The position numbers and the translations under genes were made by a program. Below are positions 53,852 to 62,987 of a stretch of 64,000 bases of DNA, piece by piece. How positions within the stretch are numbered: the stretch's first letter is position 1; every line of letters begins with the position of its first letter. The notes under the pieces are model-generated. The model searched no databases. It was not told where the DNA came from and saw nothing but the letters and a program-made list of their open reading frames with translations. Source of the DNA: an uncultured Pseudanabaenaceae cyanobacterium (GTDB lineage Bacteria; Cyanobacteriota; Cyanobacteriia; PCC-9006; JAAUQQ01). The stretch is taken from assembly GCA_938021205.1 (NCBI GenBank), contig CALIGI010000082.1, positions 1,111 to 65,110 of the forward strand, in the 5' to 3' direction.

Positions 53852-56704
53852 TTAGCCTGCACCTTCCTCCACCTTGAATGCATTAACCGAACATTGAAGC
53901 TGCTCGGTGATTTCCGCTGTCGCCTGCAAAGAATCTGAGACATCTCGGGAGGCATGGGAGGTATCGGTGGAGACCTGGGCTACATCAGCCATCATCTGCT
54001 TGACCTGCTCAGATACGGTGGCTTGGGTAATGGTTTCATTCGAAATCAGTTGAAAGGTGCTGTTGACCTCGCGGGAGACCTCCAGGACTTGCTCCAAACT
54101 CTGTTTGGCCTCTTCCACAGATCGCGTGCCTTCAACGACTTGGCTGGTGCTGGTTTCCATTGCTTCTACAACGTTGCTGGTTTCAGTTTGAATCGCCGCA
54201 ATGATTTGTTCAATTTCCTTGGTTGCTAGGGCAGACTGGGCAGCTAGGGCACCCACTTCTTCAGCAACTACAGCAAAGCCTCGACCTTCTTCACCAGCAC
54301 GAGCCGCCTCGATACCGGCATTAACGGCCAGGAGGTTGGTCTTCAAGGCAATTTGGTTGATCAACTCAACCACTTTAGAAATCTGCTGGGAGGATTCGCC
54401 TAGGCGCTTCACCTGTTTCGCGGTGTCCGCTACGGTTTGGCGAACCTGGGAAATACTCTTTACCGTGCTTTCCATGGCTTCACCACCAGCTTTGGCAGTG
54501 GCCTCAGCTACTTGGGAGGCTTGGGCGGCTTCGGTGGCTTGTTTCGCAACGTTTTGGAGACTGCTAGTCATTTCCTCAATGGAGGCCAGGGTGACATTGA
54601 TTTGAGTGGCCTGCCCAATGGCGTTTTGGGACAACTGACGAATAGATTCGCCATCGCTGTTTACTGAGTCATTAACCTGGGTGGATGCCTGTTTCACCTG
54701 GGTTACAACGTCGCGTAGGTTTTCCACAATGGCATTGAAAAAGTCAGCCACAATGCCAATTTCACCATCGGTGATTTGAGCTCGAACGGTGAGGTCACCG
54801 CTACTGGCTCCTTCTACATCAGAGAGCAGCGTGAGTAGTTCTCGCTGAAGGTTATCGTTCTGCTGCTTGGCTTGCTTGGCTTGCAGTTGGGCTTGCAAGA
54901 AGCTTTCCACGGAGTTGAGTGAAAGGCCCAAGCGGTTGGCAATTTGGGTGAGCTCGGTAATGTTGTCTTGAGTCCAATCTTGAGCTTCGTCGCAGGTTTG
55001 GAGGCTGAGCCAGCCATAACACTGGTTGCTCACCATGACGGGTGCCCAGAGGCAGGACCGCACTTTTAAGGCTTGGAGCTCCTCTTTGAGTTCAGTGGGA
55101 AAGTCTGCTGCGGCAAGCTGTCTGTAGGCCTGGCAGCTCTGGTGCTCTTGGAATTGGGTAAATTGGTCGCTGGATAGGGCTGAGAGGTCTTGACCTCGGG
55201 CGTTGCTCAAGTGGGGTTTGACGGCTTCAGCGAGGATACTGCTACTGCCGTTGGGACCTGTGATTCGAGCAAAGATGACGCGATCGCCTCCCATCTGCTG
55301 CTGAATCTCCTGGAGGGCTTTCTCCAGCGGACCCGCTAACTCCTCGGTGTTTTGCAATCGAGTAATCTCGGCTAGCATTGTCTCCAAACGCGTATTAGAT
55401 TCCTGAGTCGTCAAGAAGCTTTGGAGCTGGCTACTCATTTGGTTGATGTTCTGGCCGAGCAAGACCAGCTCGTCTCCCTCATCCGGAACAGACAAGCGAG
55501 TCTCAAATTGACCTAAGCCAATTTTTTCTACTACCTTCGCTGCCTGAATGACCGGTTTTGTCGCTTGGCCCGCGAGATAAACCGCAATGAGACTGATGAT
55601 TCCGGTTACCGCCGCAGTCCCCAACAGCAGAGTGATGAGCAACTGGCGCTGAGACGCAAAAATGATCTCCTTATCAGTGCTGATCATGGATGACCACTCT
55701 AAGTCTGGGAGATCAGGCGTGGATGAGAATGGGTAAAAGCTCGCCAGCTGATCACTGCTGCTACTCTGATTCACGGTGGAAACGCTGTCTGCTTGGCGCG
55801 CCTGCCATAGCGCTTCGAGTCCCCCAAAGCCTTGGGTCAGCGGGATGCCAACTTGCTTTGAATCCAACGCTCCAATGATGGACCCATGGGCATCAATAAT
55901 GTAGGGCTGCTCACCATTTTTATTGAAGGTCGACAGAATTGGATCGAGGGCACTGGTTGGCATGCGGCTTCGTGTCACGCCAATCATTTCGCCGGTTTCG
56001 CTATCAAAGATTGGAGCTGCAAAATAGATCGCTACCTCACCTGTTGTTGGGGAAATTTGCGGTTGGCTAATGTAGGGCTTTTGTGTCTTAAAAACTGTTT
56101 GAATGTAATCTCGATCTGCATGGTTATCGAGGATTTTGCCATCCGTAGACTGGGCAATGACATCCCCCTGTAAATCGAAGGCCGCGATACTGGTGTATAC
56201 GCCGTAAGTCTGACGGTAAAATTCAAGTTGCGCCTGTTTTTCCTCGAGCGTCAGACTGTTGCGTGCGCTAAACGTGGATAGAAAAGGAAGCTGAGCGATT
56301 ACCTGAATATTGTTATAGCGATCAACCATAAAGGCATTGGTACGCTCAGCCATGCCGGTGGCTCGCGCAAGGGAGGCTGCGGTTAGCTTTTTTTCCAGTG
56401 CATTTGCACTGAGATTGTAGGCAAAGCCACCTAGCGTCAGCGTGGGTAGAGCCGCTAGGAGCATGGCTGCCAGCGTCGCCTTTCCCTTCAAACCTAGGCG
56501 TTTTTGGGGAGCATTTTGGCTACGCATAGCTCGTCCCTGATTGAGGGAGGCTTGGGGGAGCTTGGAAGCGTTGCTCAGGTTTGTAACCACATCCGTTGCA
56601 ATGGCTTGAAACTCCTCTGGAGCAGGAGTGAGTGGGTCTAATTCTGGAATGTTCGCCGTTGTATCTGTAGCTTTATCTGGGTGGACTTCGTTGGAGTTAA
56701 CCAT
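53852..56704 (-). CDS. methyl-accepting chemotaxis protein (2 TM, periplasmic sensor, HAMP, GAF, MCP signalling domain); PilJ/HmpD-like
   Basis: Hairpin-tip motif [30 protein letters not shown] segments [19 protein letters not shown] and [23 protein letters not shown]. The GAF lacks a CH bilin motif. Confidence 0.9.
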   Translation of the reverse strand: MVNSNEVHPDKATDTTANIPELDPLTPAPEEFQAIATDVVTNLSNASKLPQASLNQGRAMRSQNAPQKRLGLKGKATLAAMLLAALPTLTLGGFAYNLSANALEKKLTAASLARATGMAERTNAFMVDRYNNIQVIAQLPFLSTFSARNSLTLEEKQAQLEFYRQTYGVYTSIAAFDLQGDVIAQSTDGKILDNHADRDYIQTVFKTQKPYISQPQISPTTGEVAIYFAAPIFDSETGEMIGVTRSRMPTSALDPILSTFNKNGEQPYIIDAHGSIIGALDSKQVGIPLTQGFGGLEALWQARQADSVSTVNQSSSSDQLASFYPFSSTPDLPDLEWSSMISTDKEIIFASQRQLLITLLLGTAAVTGIISLIAVYLAGQATKPVIQAAKVVEKIGLGQFETRLSVPDEGDELVLLGQNINQMSSQLQSFLTTQESNTRLETMLAEITRLQNTEELAGPLEKALQEIQQQMGGDRVIFARITGPNGSSSILAEAVKPHLSNARGQDLSALSSDQFTQFQEHQSCQAYRQLAAADFPTELKEELQALKVRSCLWAPVMVSNQCYGWLSLQTCDEAQDWTQDNITELTQIANRLGLSLNSVESFLQAQLQAKQAKQQNDNLQRELLTLLSDVEGASSGDLTVRAQITDGEIGIVADFFNAIVENLRDVVTQVKQASTQVNDSVNSDGESIRQLSQNAIGQATQINVTLASIEEMTSSLQNVAKQATEAAQASQVAEATAKAGGEAMESTVKSISQVRQTVADTAKQVKRLGESSQQISKVVELINQIALKTNLLAVNAGIEAARAGEEGRGFAVVAEEVGALAAQSALATKEIEQIIAAIQTETSNVVEAMETSTSQVVEGTRSVEEAKQSLEQVLEVSREVNSTFQLISNETITQATVSEQVKQMMADVAQVSTDTSHASRDVSDSLQATAEITEQLQCSVNAFKVEEGAG

Positions 56705-57092
56705 GTCGTAAAACCTTGAGTGGAATAACTATTCAAGAAAAATTGGGAAACGCAAAAAGCGCTAAACGAGATTGAGCTACGCCAGGATTTTGTCCTCAGG
56801 CATGGCCAAACAAGTGTTCTGAAATAAGTGATTTAGGGGGCCGTCCCTCACATGCCTAAACAGACGTTCTCCCCCCAGGAAGGCTCTGCTAGGTCTCTGA
56901 GTGAGCCAGACGGGAGGAGACTCTGCCTGGCAGTTCATAGCCTGTTGCTCAGATCCATTGGGACATTCGTACTCTTTCGAAGGAGCTAAGGCAGACGTTG
57001 ATCTGAATAGCAATGGTTTTAACCAGTGAGACTATTGCCATTACCAACTTTGCGGCTTGCCCTGAGGTGCACCCATGATTATCCATAGTCTT

Positions 57093-57111
57093 TTTCCACA
57101 AACTGTGGAAA
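57093..57111. promoter_or_regulatory. perfect 8-3-8 palindrome in the cheW-mcp spacer
   Basis: TTTCCACA-AAC-TGTGGAAA. Confidence 0.4.
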
Positions 57112-57159
57112 GCTTGAAATAACTGTGCAAAAACTGGAAAAACCTTGGGGTAAATAGAG

Positions 57160-57828
57160 CTATGCTTGATAGCCGCTGTAGCTTGAAATCGCTACTGCAT
57201 CTAGGACTAGAAGCTTTTCATCATTTTGTGGAATACAGCCCTGTATGTAGGGGATGAGCCCTGGAGAAAGCTCGTTGTCGATAGCGGATTGAATCAACTC
57301 TGTGGAAAATCGGGTAACGCCTTGAACTTCTTGGACAGCTAGGCCGATGGGCTTATTGTTTACTCTTAGGATTGCCAAGTGGTATTCGGGCGATCGCGGA
57401 TCTAAAGGCGTCAGGCCAAATAACTGAGGCAAATCCAATACCCAGAAGATTCGACTCCGGTGATTGAGCAAGCCCATTACAGCAGCAGGCATATTGGGCA
57501 TGACCGTCAAACGCTGTTGAGGGATGACCAATACTTCTTGGGCCTGGTCAGTATTGATAGCAGCCAAAGTGTTGTCATCCAATCGCAGGCGGATATGGGG
57601 ATTACCAGTGGACTTGGTGCTGGATCCTCCCTGGAGCGCAACGGTGGGAATGGAAGCCAAGGTAATCTCTGTGGCTAAGGCAACGGTGTCGTTAACGGCA
57701 GTGTCTCCCACTGTTGTTGTCTCTGCGATCTCTTTGTTGCTGACAGCTTCACTTCCATCCCACTTTGCTAGCGCCAAGTCTGTTGCTAAGGCTTCTTGTT
57801 CAAGCCCATCATGCGTAGAATTCACCAT
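57160..57828 (-). CDS. CheW-like coupling protein (PilI/HmpC-like)
   Basis: QEVLVIPQQRLTVMPNMPAAVMGLLNHRSRIFWVLDL...LAILRV...IGLAVQEVQGV. ATG 57828 avoids overlap with cheY. Confidence 0.8.
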   Translation of the reverse strand: MVNSTHDGLEQEALATDLALAKWDGSEAVSNKEIAETTTVGDTAVNDTVALATEITLASIPTVALQGGSSTKSTGNPHIRLRLDDNTLAAINTDQAQEVLVIPQQRLTVMPNMPAAVMGLLNHRSRIFWVLDLPQLFGLTPLDPRSPEYHLAILRVNNKPIGLAVQEVQGVTRFSTELIQSAIDNELSPGLIPYIQGCIPQNDEKLLVLDAVAISSYSGYQA

Positions 57829-57835
57829 GGTTGCC

Positions 57836-58198
57836 TTACCCCACGACGGAAGTAACTGCATTGACGATCTCTTCCTTGCTGTAGGGCTTGGTGATATAGA
57901 TTTTGATGCCTTGCTTCATGCCCCAGAGGCGATCGAGCTCCTGGTTCTTGGACGTACAAGCAATGACAGGCAAAGTCTCAGTTTTGGGATTCTTCTTGAG
58001 GTTGCGGCACAGCTCCAGCCCGCTCATGCCAGGCATCACAAGGTCGGTCACCACCAAGTCAGGCTCAATGGACTCTAGCTTTTGCAAAGCTTCATTGCCG
58101 TTGCTGGCATCAACAACGAGGTGACCTGCTTCCTGGAGGTAACCGGTCATGAGTTCGCGTTCGGAGGCGGTGTCTTCGACGAGGAGAATAGTAGCCAT
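57836..58198 (-). CDS. CheY-like single-domain response regulator (PilH/HmpB-like)
   Basis: ILLVEDT, LVVTDLVMPG, ACTSK and ITKPY. ATG 58198 is preferred. Confidence 0.9.
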   Translation of the reverse strand: MATILLVEDTASERELMTGYLQEAGHLVVDASNGNEALQKLESIEPDLVVTDLVMPGMSGLELCRNLKKNPKTETLPVIACTSKNQELDRLWGMKQGIKIYITKPYSKEEIVNAVTSVVG

Positions 58199-58402
58199 GG
58201 TTGATCGAGTTTTAATTTGAATGCTGGGATGTGGAGAGAGGTGATGCGGTGAGCCAAGCCCTGCAAAGGCTTTCAAAGTTGTGGGTTTTGCCCAAGACAA
58301 ATCAAACTGACTCAGAGGCAAGCTATTGGATGACCTTTGCTGCAAAGGCCACGCGATAACCTGCCCAATGCAGGAAATACTTAAAACTTGCAGTTAATGA
58401 AC

Positions 58403-59722
58403 TTAATCGCTTAAGTAACGTAGGACAATTTGGAGCAAGTCTTTTTGAGTGAAGGGTTTAGTTAGGTAATCTGTTGTGCCAGCCATTTTGGCCCGGGCAC
58501 GGTCTAGGAGGCCTTTGTTACCAGTTACCATTACGACAGGGATATGCTTGAGCAAAGACGATTTTCGAATCATCGTGCAAACCTGATACCCATCCAAGGT
58601 GGGCATACTGGCATCCAATAGAATTAGATCTGGTTTGATTGAGATGATCTTCATCAACGCCTTTTGAGAGTCGTCGATCATCGTGATTTCAAAAATCTCT
58701 TGCTGAAGAAATCGCTGAATTTCTCGCAGCACCGTAGGACTGTCATCAATGCAGACAATTTTCCAGGTGCGTTGTTGGTTGCTGTCACGATTGACGTTAA
58801 GGAAGCCACTATCCGATGTGGAGCCATTACTGAGCGGGCCTGAACGAGGACCTCCACTAGAGGAAGGCGCACTGGGTGGGGATGCCTTGATGTAGGACTG
58901 GTTCAAGCGAGGTAGTTGATCATGGGGACTCAGCGGCTCCCGCAGGATAATGATGCCTTCACTAATCAGGGGCGAAAAGCGGCGGCAAAGGGCCAGTTCA
59001 TCCTGTTGCAGCAGCATGGCAAGCTGTCGGAAGTTAAACCCCAGCAATAGGCGAGACAGCTTGTCAGCCATATGAGGTGAAAGCTTTTGCCGAGCACGTT
59101 CTTCCCCAATCAGATAGGGACGCTGATAAGGGGAGCTAATGCGGGGGGCCATTGCATTCCACTGGTCCAGACGTTCCCACATCCGAGGCCAGAGTATGTC
59201 CAGTTCAAGTTGACAAATGCTGGGGAGCTCACCCATGGAATTGGTCTGGACTTCGTAATTCCCTTCAGGCAGTAGCAGATAGCTTTCGAGCACTTCTGCT
59301 GACATCTTGCTGGCTAAATTGGCTAAAGAAGCCCCATCACAATGCCCTTGATTGACTAGCCAGCGCAAGGCTTGATAGTCGGCTGTGAAGTTTTCAGGTG
59401 GCGTTTCCTGCTCCATCTGTCTGACCTGACTCCGCAGTTCATTGTTGGAGAGGTCAGACATTTGAGGTAATCCTTTGAGGTGGCGTTCTAAGCGCTCAAA
59501 GGGGTCTGCACTGTTGGTGGCATAAACAAGTTGGCCCCGTTGGACGTAGATGAACCACTCAAGAGTGGAATCTGCTACATGCAAACAGCCGCTTGTTATT
59601 GCCGTGAGTTGGTCAACTAGCTCTGCAGGAGAGCAATGGGTTGGGGCGATACAGGTTTCCTGCATTAAAGGTAATCCTTGCACTGGAGCGTTTATGGCAC
59701 CCTGCTCTGCAAGTAGAAACAA
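58403..59722 (-). CDS. PatA-type response regulator (PATAN N-terminal domain plus canonical REC); PilG/PixG/HmpA-like
   Basis: PATAN: LEWFIYVQRGQLVYATNSADPFERLERHL. REC: VCIDDS, LILLDASMP, MVTG and LTKPF. Confidence 0.85.
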   Translation of the reverse strand: MFLLAEQGAINAPVQGLPLMQETCIAPTHCSPAELVDQLTAITSGCLHVADSTLEWFIYVQRGQLVYATNSADPFERLERHLKGLPQMSDLSNNELRSQVRQMEQETPPENFTADYQALRWLVNQGHCDGASLANLASKMSAEVLESYLLLPEGNYEVQTNSMGELPSICQLELDILWPRMWERLDQWNAMAPRISSPYQRPYLIGEERARQKLSPHMADKLSRLLLGFNFRQLAMLLQQDELALCRRFSPLISEGIIILREPLSPHDQLPRLNQSYIKASPPSAPSSSGGPRSGPLSNGSTSDSGFLNVNRDSNQQRTWKIVCIDDSPTVLREIQRFLQQEIFEITMIDDSQKALMKIISIKPDLILLDASMPTLDGYQVCTMIRKSSLLKHIPVVMVTGNKGLLDRARAKMAGTTDYLTKPFTQKDLLQIVLRYLSD

Positions 59723-60286
59723 ACCTGACTCGAATAATTAGTGAGAGATCTCAGCGTTACTTTCGTTGGACTATTTGAGGTTCAGCGAAGAGATTATGCT
59801 TGATCTTTCTGTTTGGTGGAACTGCTATTGAAGCCTTTTGTAAAGAGGAACACAATAGCAGGCCATTAGTTGATGCTTAGTTTTAAGATGCCCGTATTTA
59901 GCTCAATATCTCTATCGTTTGAATGATCTAATTTTATATCGTTTTTGGTTGGCTTTATAGGTGGCTGATATTCCTGCAGTCCATTAATCTGTAAGGCCCA
60001 ACCTCTGATGATTGTTTGCTCTGTGAGATTTTGATGGCTCTCCTGGAACAATTGCAAATGTTGAATATGAACATCTCTAGCCCTCTAAAAGAGCATTAAC
60101 CCTTCAAAATTTGTTAATCCACTCACCCTTTAAATACTAGGCCCTAGGAGAGCCTTTTGATTTGTCATAAGGTGTAGAGATTTTAAGCATATTCTATGTT
60201 GCTCTAATGACTTATCTAAGGTCTCTAAAAAGATACTTCTTGTTGTGAATCAAGTCTCATTGTCTTGATTCACCAGGCGTAATAAA

Positions 60287-60310
60287 CCCCATCACATATT
60301 TTGTATGGGG
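60287..60310 (-). terminator. weak intrinsic terminator after the PatA-like paralogue
   Basis: CCCCAT / ATGGGG stem with a 12-nt loop. The minus strand continues TTTATT. Confidence 0.35.
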
Positions 60311-60345
60311 CTTCAGTGGGGGATGTAGAGTCAGGTTACGAAGAG

Positions 60346-61653
60346 TTAGTTACTCAAGTGTCGGAAAATGAGCGCTAGCAAATCCTTTGCACTGTAAGGG
60401 CTTGCTAACGTATCCGTTGCACCAGCCATTTTGATGCGGGCACCGTCAAATAGTCCTTTCTTAGAGGTCACTAAAATGATGGGCGTATTTTTTAGTAGAG
60501 GGGACTTTCGCATCAGGGTACAAAGCTCATAGCCATCCACTACGGGCATGTGAGCTTGGAGAAAAACTAAGTCTGGAGGATTGGTTGTGAAGGCTGATAA
60601 GGCCTGGGTGGGGTCTGGGTGCTGCTCAATTGCAATCTCAGCATCGGCAATGAGTGGACTAATTGCATTGACGAGTATTTCGCCTGGATCAACGCAAGCC
60701 AGCCGCCATGTTGCTGTGGTCGTGCTATCAATACCAAGGGTATCTTCAGACGGCTCTGCTGAGGCTAGGGGGCCAATTTGAATGGCGGTGTGCTCTGGTT
60801 CGTCATTCTCAGCTTCAAAGGGGTCCTGATAACTTTGCCTTGCTGGTTTGAAGAAGCTAGTGGGGGTGTCGCTGTTGGGGTAAGGCAGTTTGTCGAAGGG
60901 GCTTAAGGGCTGGCGCAGCAAGATAATCTGATCCGCCATGAGGGGATAGAGGCGCTGGGCAAAGAGCAACTCGTCTTGGCCGACGATGGTACCCAGTTGA
61001 CGGAAGTTGAAGCCGACGAGCAGTTTGCTGAGCTGCTTGACTCGGCGCTCCTTGAGGCGAGTTAGGGCCATGCTCTTATTGGCGAGGTAAGGGCGCTGGT
61101 AGGGCGAAAGTAAGTGGGGAGCAAGACTATGCCAGACTTTGAGGCGTTCTTCCACTCGCTGAATAAAGGGCTCTAGGTTGAGCCGGCAATAGATTGGGAG
61201 GTTAACGAGGGAGCATCGCTCGACCTTGTAGTTGGCTTCGGGGAGCTGAATATAGCCTTCCATTACCTCCGCTGTAATCTTGCTGGCAAGGGTTCCAGCT
61301 GTGATGGAGTCTACGTACAGCTCGCTGACAGCCCAGGAGAGTGCCCCGTAGTCGCCACAGATTCCTGTTGTGTTGTATTGGGAGCGGTAGTCTGCTTCGT
61401 GGCCAAAGCGGTTGCGCATGTCATTGCGTACTTCTTTGGTAATGCTAGGGACAATGTCTGCGAGACCTCTTAGGTAGCGTTCCAAGCGTTCGAAGGGATC
61501 AGCACTGTTGCTTGCATAGATCAGCTGTCCCTCTCCAAAATAAAGGTGCCAGGTAATGGCGCGATCGCTGATGCGCACATAGCTACTACTCATGTCCGCT
61601 ACATCAAGCAGCGCTCTGGGATTGCAATATTCAAATGCAACGGCGGTTTCCAC
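60346..61653 (-). CDS. PatA-like protein with degenerate (pseudo-)receiver domain
   Basis: PATAN: ITWHLYFGEGQLIYASNSADPFERLERYL. Receiver: ACVDPGE (versus IDDS), LVFLQAHMP (Asp replaced by Gln) and LASPY (Lys replaced by Ser). Confidence 0.85.
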   Translation of the reverse strand: METAVAFEYCNPRALLDVADMSSSYVRISDRAITWHLYFGEGQLIYASNSADPFERLERYLRGLADIVPSITKEVRNDMRNRFGHEADYRSQYNTTGICGDYGALSWAVSELYVDSITAGTLASKITAEVMEGYIQLPEANYKVERCSLVNLPIYCRLNLEPFIQRVEERLKVWHSLAPHLLSPYQRPYLANKSMALTRLKERRVKQLSKLLVGFNFRQLGTIVGQDELLFAQRLYPLMADQIILLRQPLSPFDKLPYPNSDTPTSFFKPARQSYQDPFEAENDEPEHTAIQIGPLASAEPSEDTLGIDSTTTATWRLACVDPGEILVNAISPLIADAEIAIEQHPDPTQALSAFTTNPPDLVFLQAHMPVVDGYELCTLMRKSPLLKNTPIILVTSKKGLFDGARIKMAGATDTLASPYSAKDLLALIFRHLSN

Positions 61654-61965
61654 AGGCGAATCCTATTCTTAGCGGTTGCGCAATATAGAGACCTACGAGA
61701 GACCCCACGATTTCGGTAAACCCTTGGACCCAGATAGAAGCTGCGATGGGAAAAGACGGAATGTTGTCTCAACCCTTTGGTGATGTCGCACTCCTTTAAT
61801 ATGCCCGGAGTCGGTGGGAACTAAACCCTCTAACTGAGGACGGTTTGAGAGTGATTCTACACAGAACTCTGAATGTGTGAAACTTTAGACTGAATTAAAT
61901 GGGAGTGGATCCAAATCTTGTCTGGAATGCTTTGCATCTGGTCTCAATTGATATTTTGCTCTACT

Positions 61966-62012
61966 ACAGGGTGAAGACTCTCTGGGAGATTTGGCGACAG
62001 GGTGAAGACTCT
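61966..62012. repeat. 16-nt perfect direct repeat, 31-bp period
   Basis: ACAGGGTGAAGACTCT at 61966-61981 and 61997-62012, in the divergent promoter region. Confidence 0.85.
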
Positions 62013-62247
62013 TGGGGGGCTGTGGTGTCTGCCCCTTGGAGCAGTGAGTGGCCTGATGGATTCGGGGGAAAGGCTTAAGTTGGGTTACGATGCCCCAGTT
62101 TAAGTTCACTTGGCTGTTTTGTACGTGCTTGCTCGGTGTGGGCGTATTGCTTGACTTGAGTTGTTATGCGTTTCTAACCTGGTCTGGTTCTAGGGGTGGG
62201 GGTATGTTAGATATTGAGATATGTAACCTGCACGTGAAATATCAAAC

Positions 62248-62862
62248 GTGGCCGATTTGTCACCAGAAGATTTTGAGAGGCTTCAGGCCAAGAATAGGCC
62301 TGAAAATGTTGCCTTGTCCTGCCCTGTGGATCTTTCCACAACGGCGGAAGGGCGGCAGCGTGATTTATGCGCGTCTGTGACGATCCCCTGTGGGACAGAG
62401 ACGATTTGGCAGATTTTGACCAATTATGATTGTCTGGCGGACATTATTCCGAGCTTGGCCGTGAGCCGCCGGTTGCCCCATCCTGATGGAGATTCTGCTG
62501 GTGACAGGGGCAAGGTCCGCTTAGAGCAGGTTGGCTCTCAGAAGATTTTGAAGGTCAATTTCTCTGCTCGGGTTGTCCTGGATATGGAAGAGGACTATCC
62601 CAGTGCGATCCATTTCGCCATGGTCGAAGGGGATTTTAAGCATATGAAAGGCTCTTGGAAGCTGGAGGCACTGGAGAGTGCGGACGATCGCCCCCAGACT
62701 CGCCTGTCCTATTGTTTGAGCATTTTGCCCAAACGCACCATGCCGGTTCGTATGGTGGAAAGCCGGTTGAGCCAGGATCTTGCGATTAATTTGCAGGCGA
62801 TTTATCAGCAGGCGATCGCCAGCACTGCTGCTGGTGATGTTGAGCTATCCCCTGTGGTTTAG
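62248..62862 (+). CDS. SRPBCC (cyclase/dehydrase-like) family protein
   Basis: IWQILTNYDCLADIIPSL, FSARVVLDMEE and MVEGDFKHMKGSWKLE. Confidence 0.6.
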   Translation: MADLSPEDFERLQAKNRPENVALSCPVDLSTTAEGRQRDLCASVTIPCGTETIWQILTNYDCLADIIPSLAVSRRLPHPDGDSAGDRGKVRLEQVGSQKILKVNFSARVVLDMEEDYPSAIHFAMVEGDFKHMKGSWKLEALESADDRPQTRLSYCLSILPKRTMPVRMVESRLSQDLAINLQAIYQQAIASTAAGDVELSPVV

Positions 62863-62882
62863 GCCTGTGGCTGACTCACCCC

Positions 62883-62934
62883 ATAACAAGCCCCTCTATT
62901 CATACTTCAGGAAGTGAATAGAGGGGCTTGTTAT
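62883..62934. terminator. perfect 20-bp-stem hairpin between convergent genes
   Basis: ATAACAAGCCCCTCTATTCA-tacttcaggaag-TGAATAGAGGGGCTTGTTAT. No clear U-tract on either side. Confidence 0.5.
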
Positions 62935-62987
62935 GATGATTTGTTCCCTAGGCGCAGCTTGAGTGTGAGCTTAGATGGCTCTAGCCC

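Noticed and set aside
56777-57013. 78-aa minus-strand ORF in the cheW-mcp spacer.
   Set aside because: Its composition is unremarkable, no motif was found and there is no Shine-Dalgarno sequence. It is kept only as part of the spacer observation.
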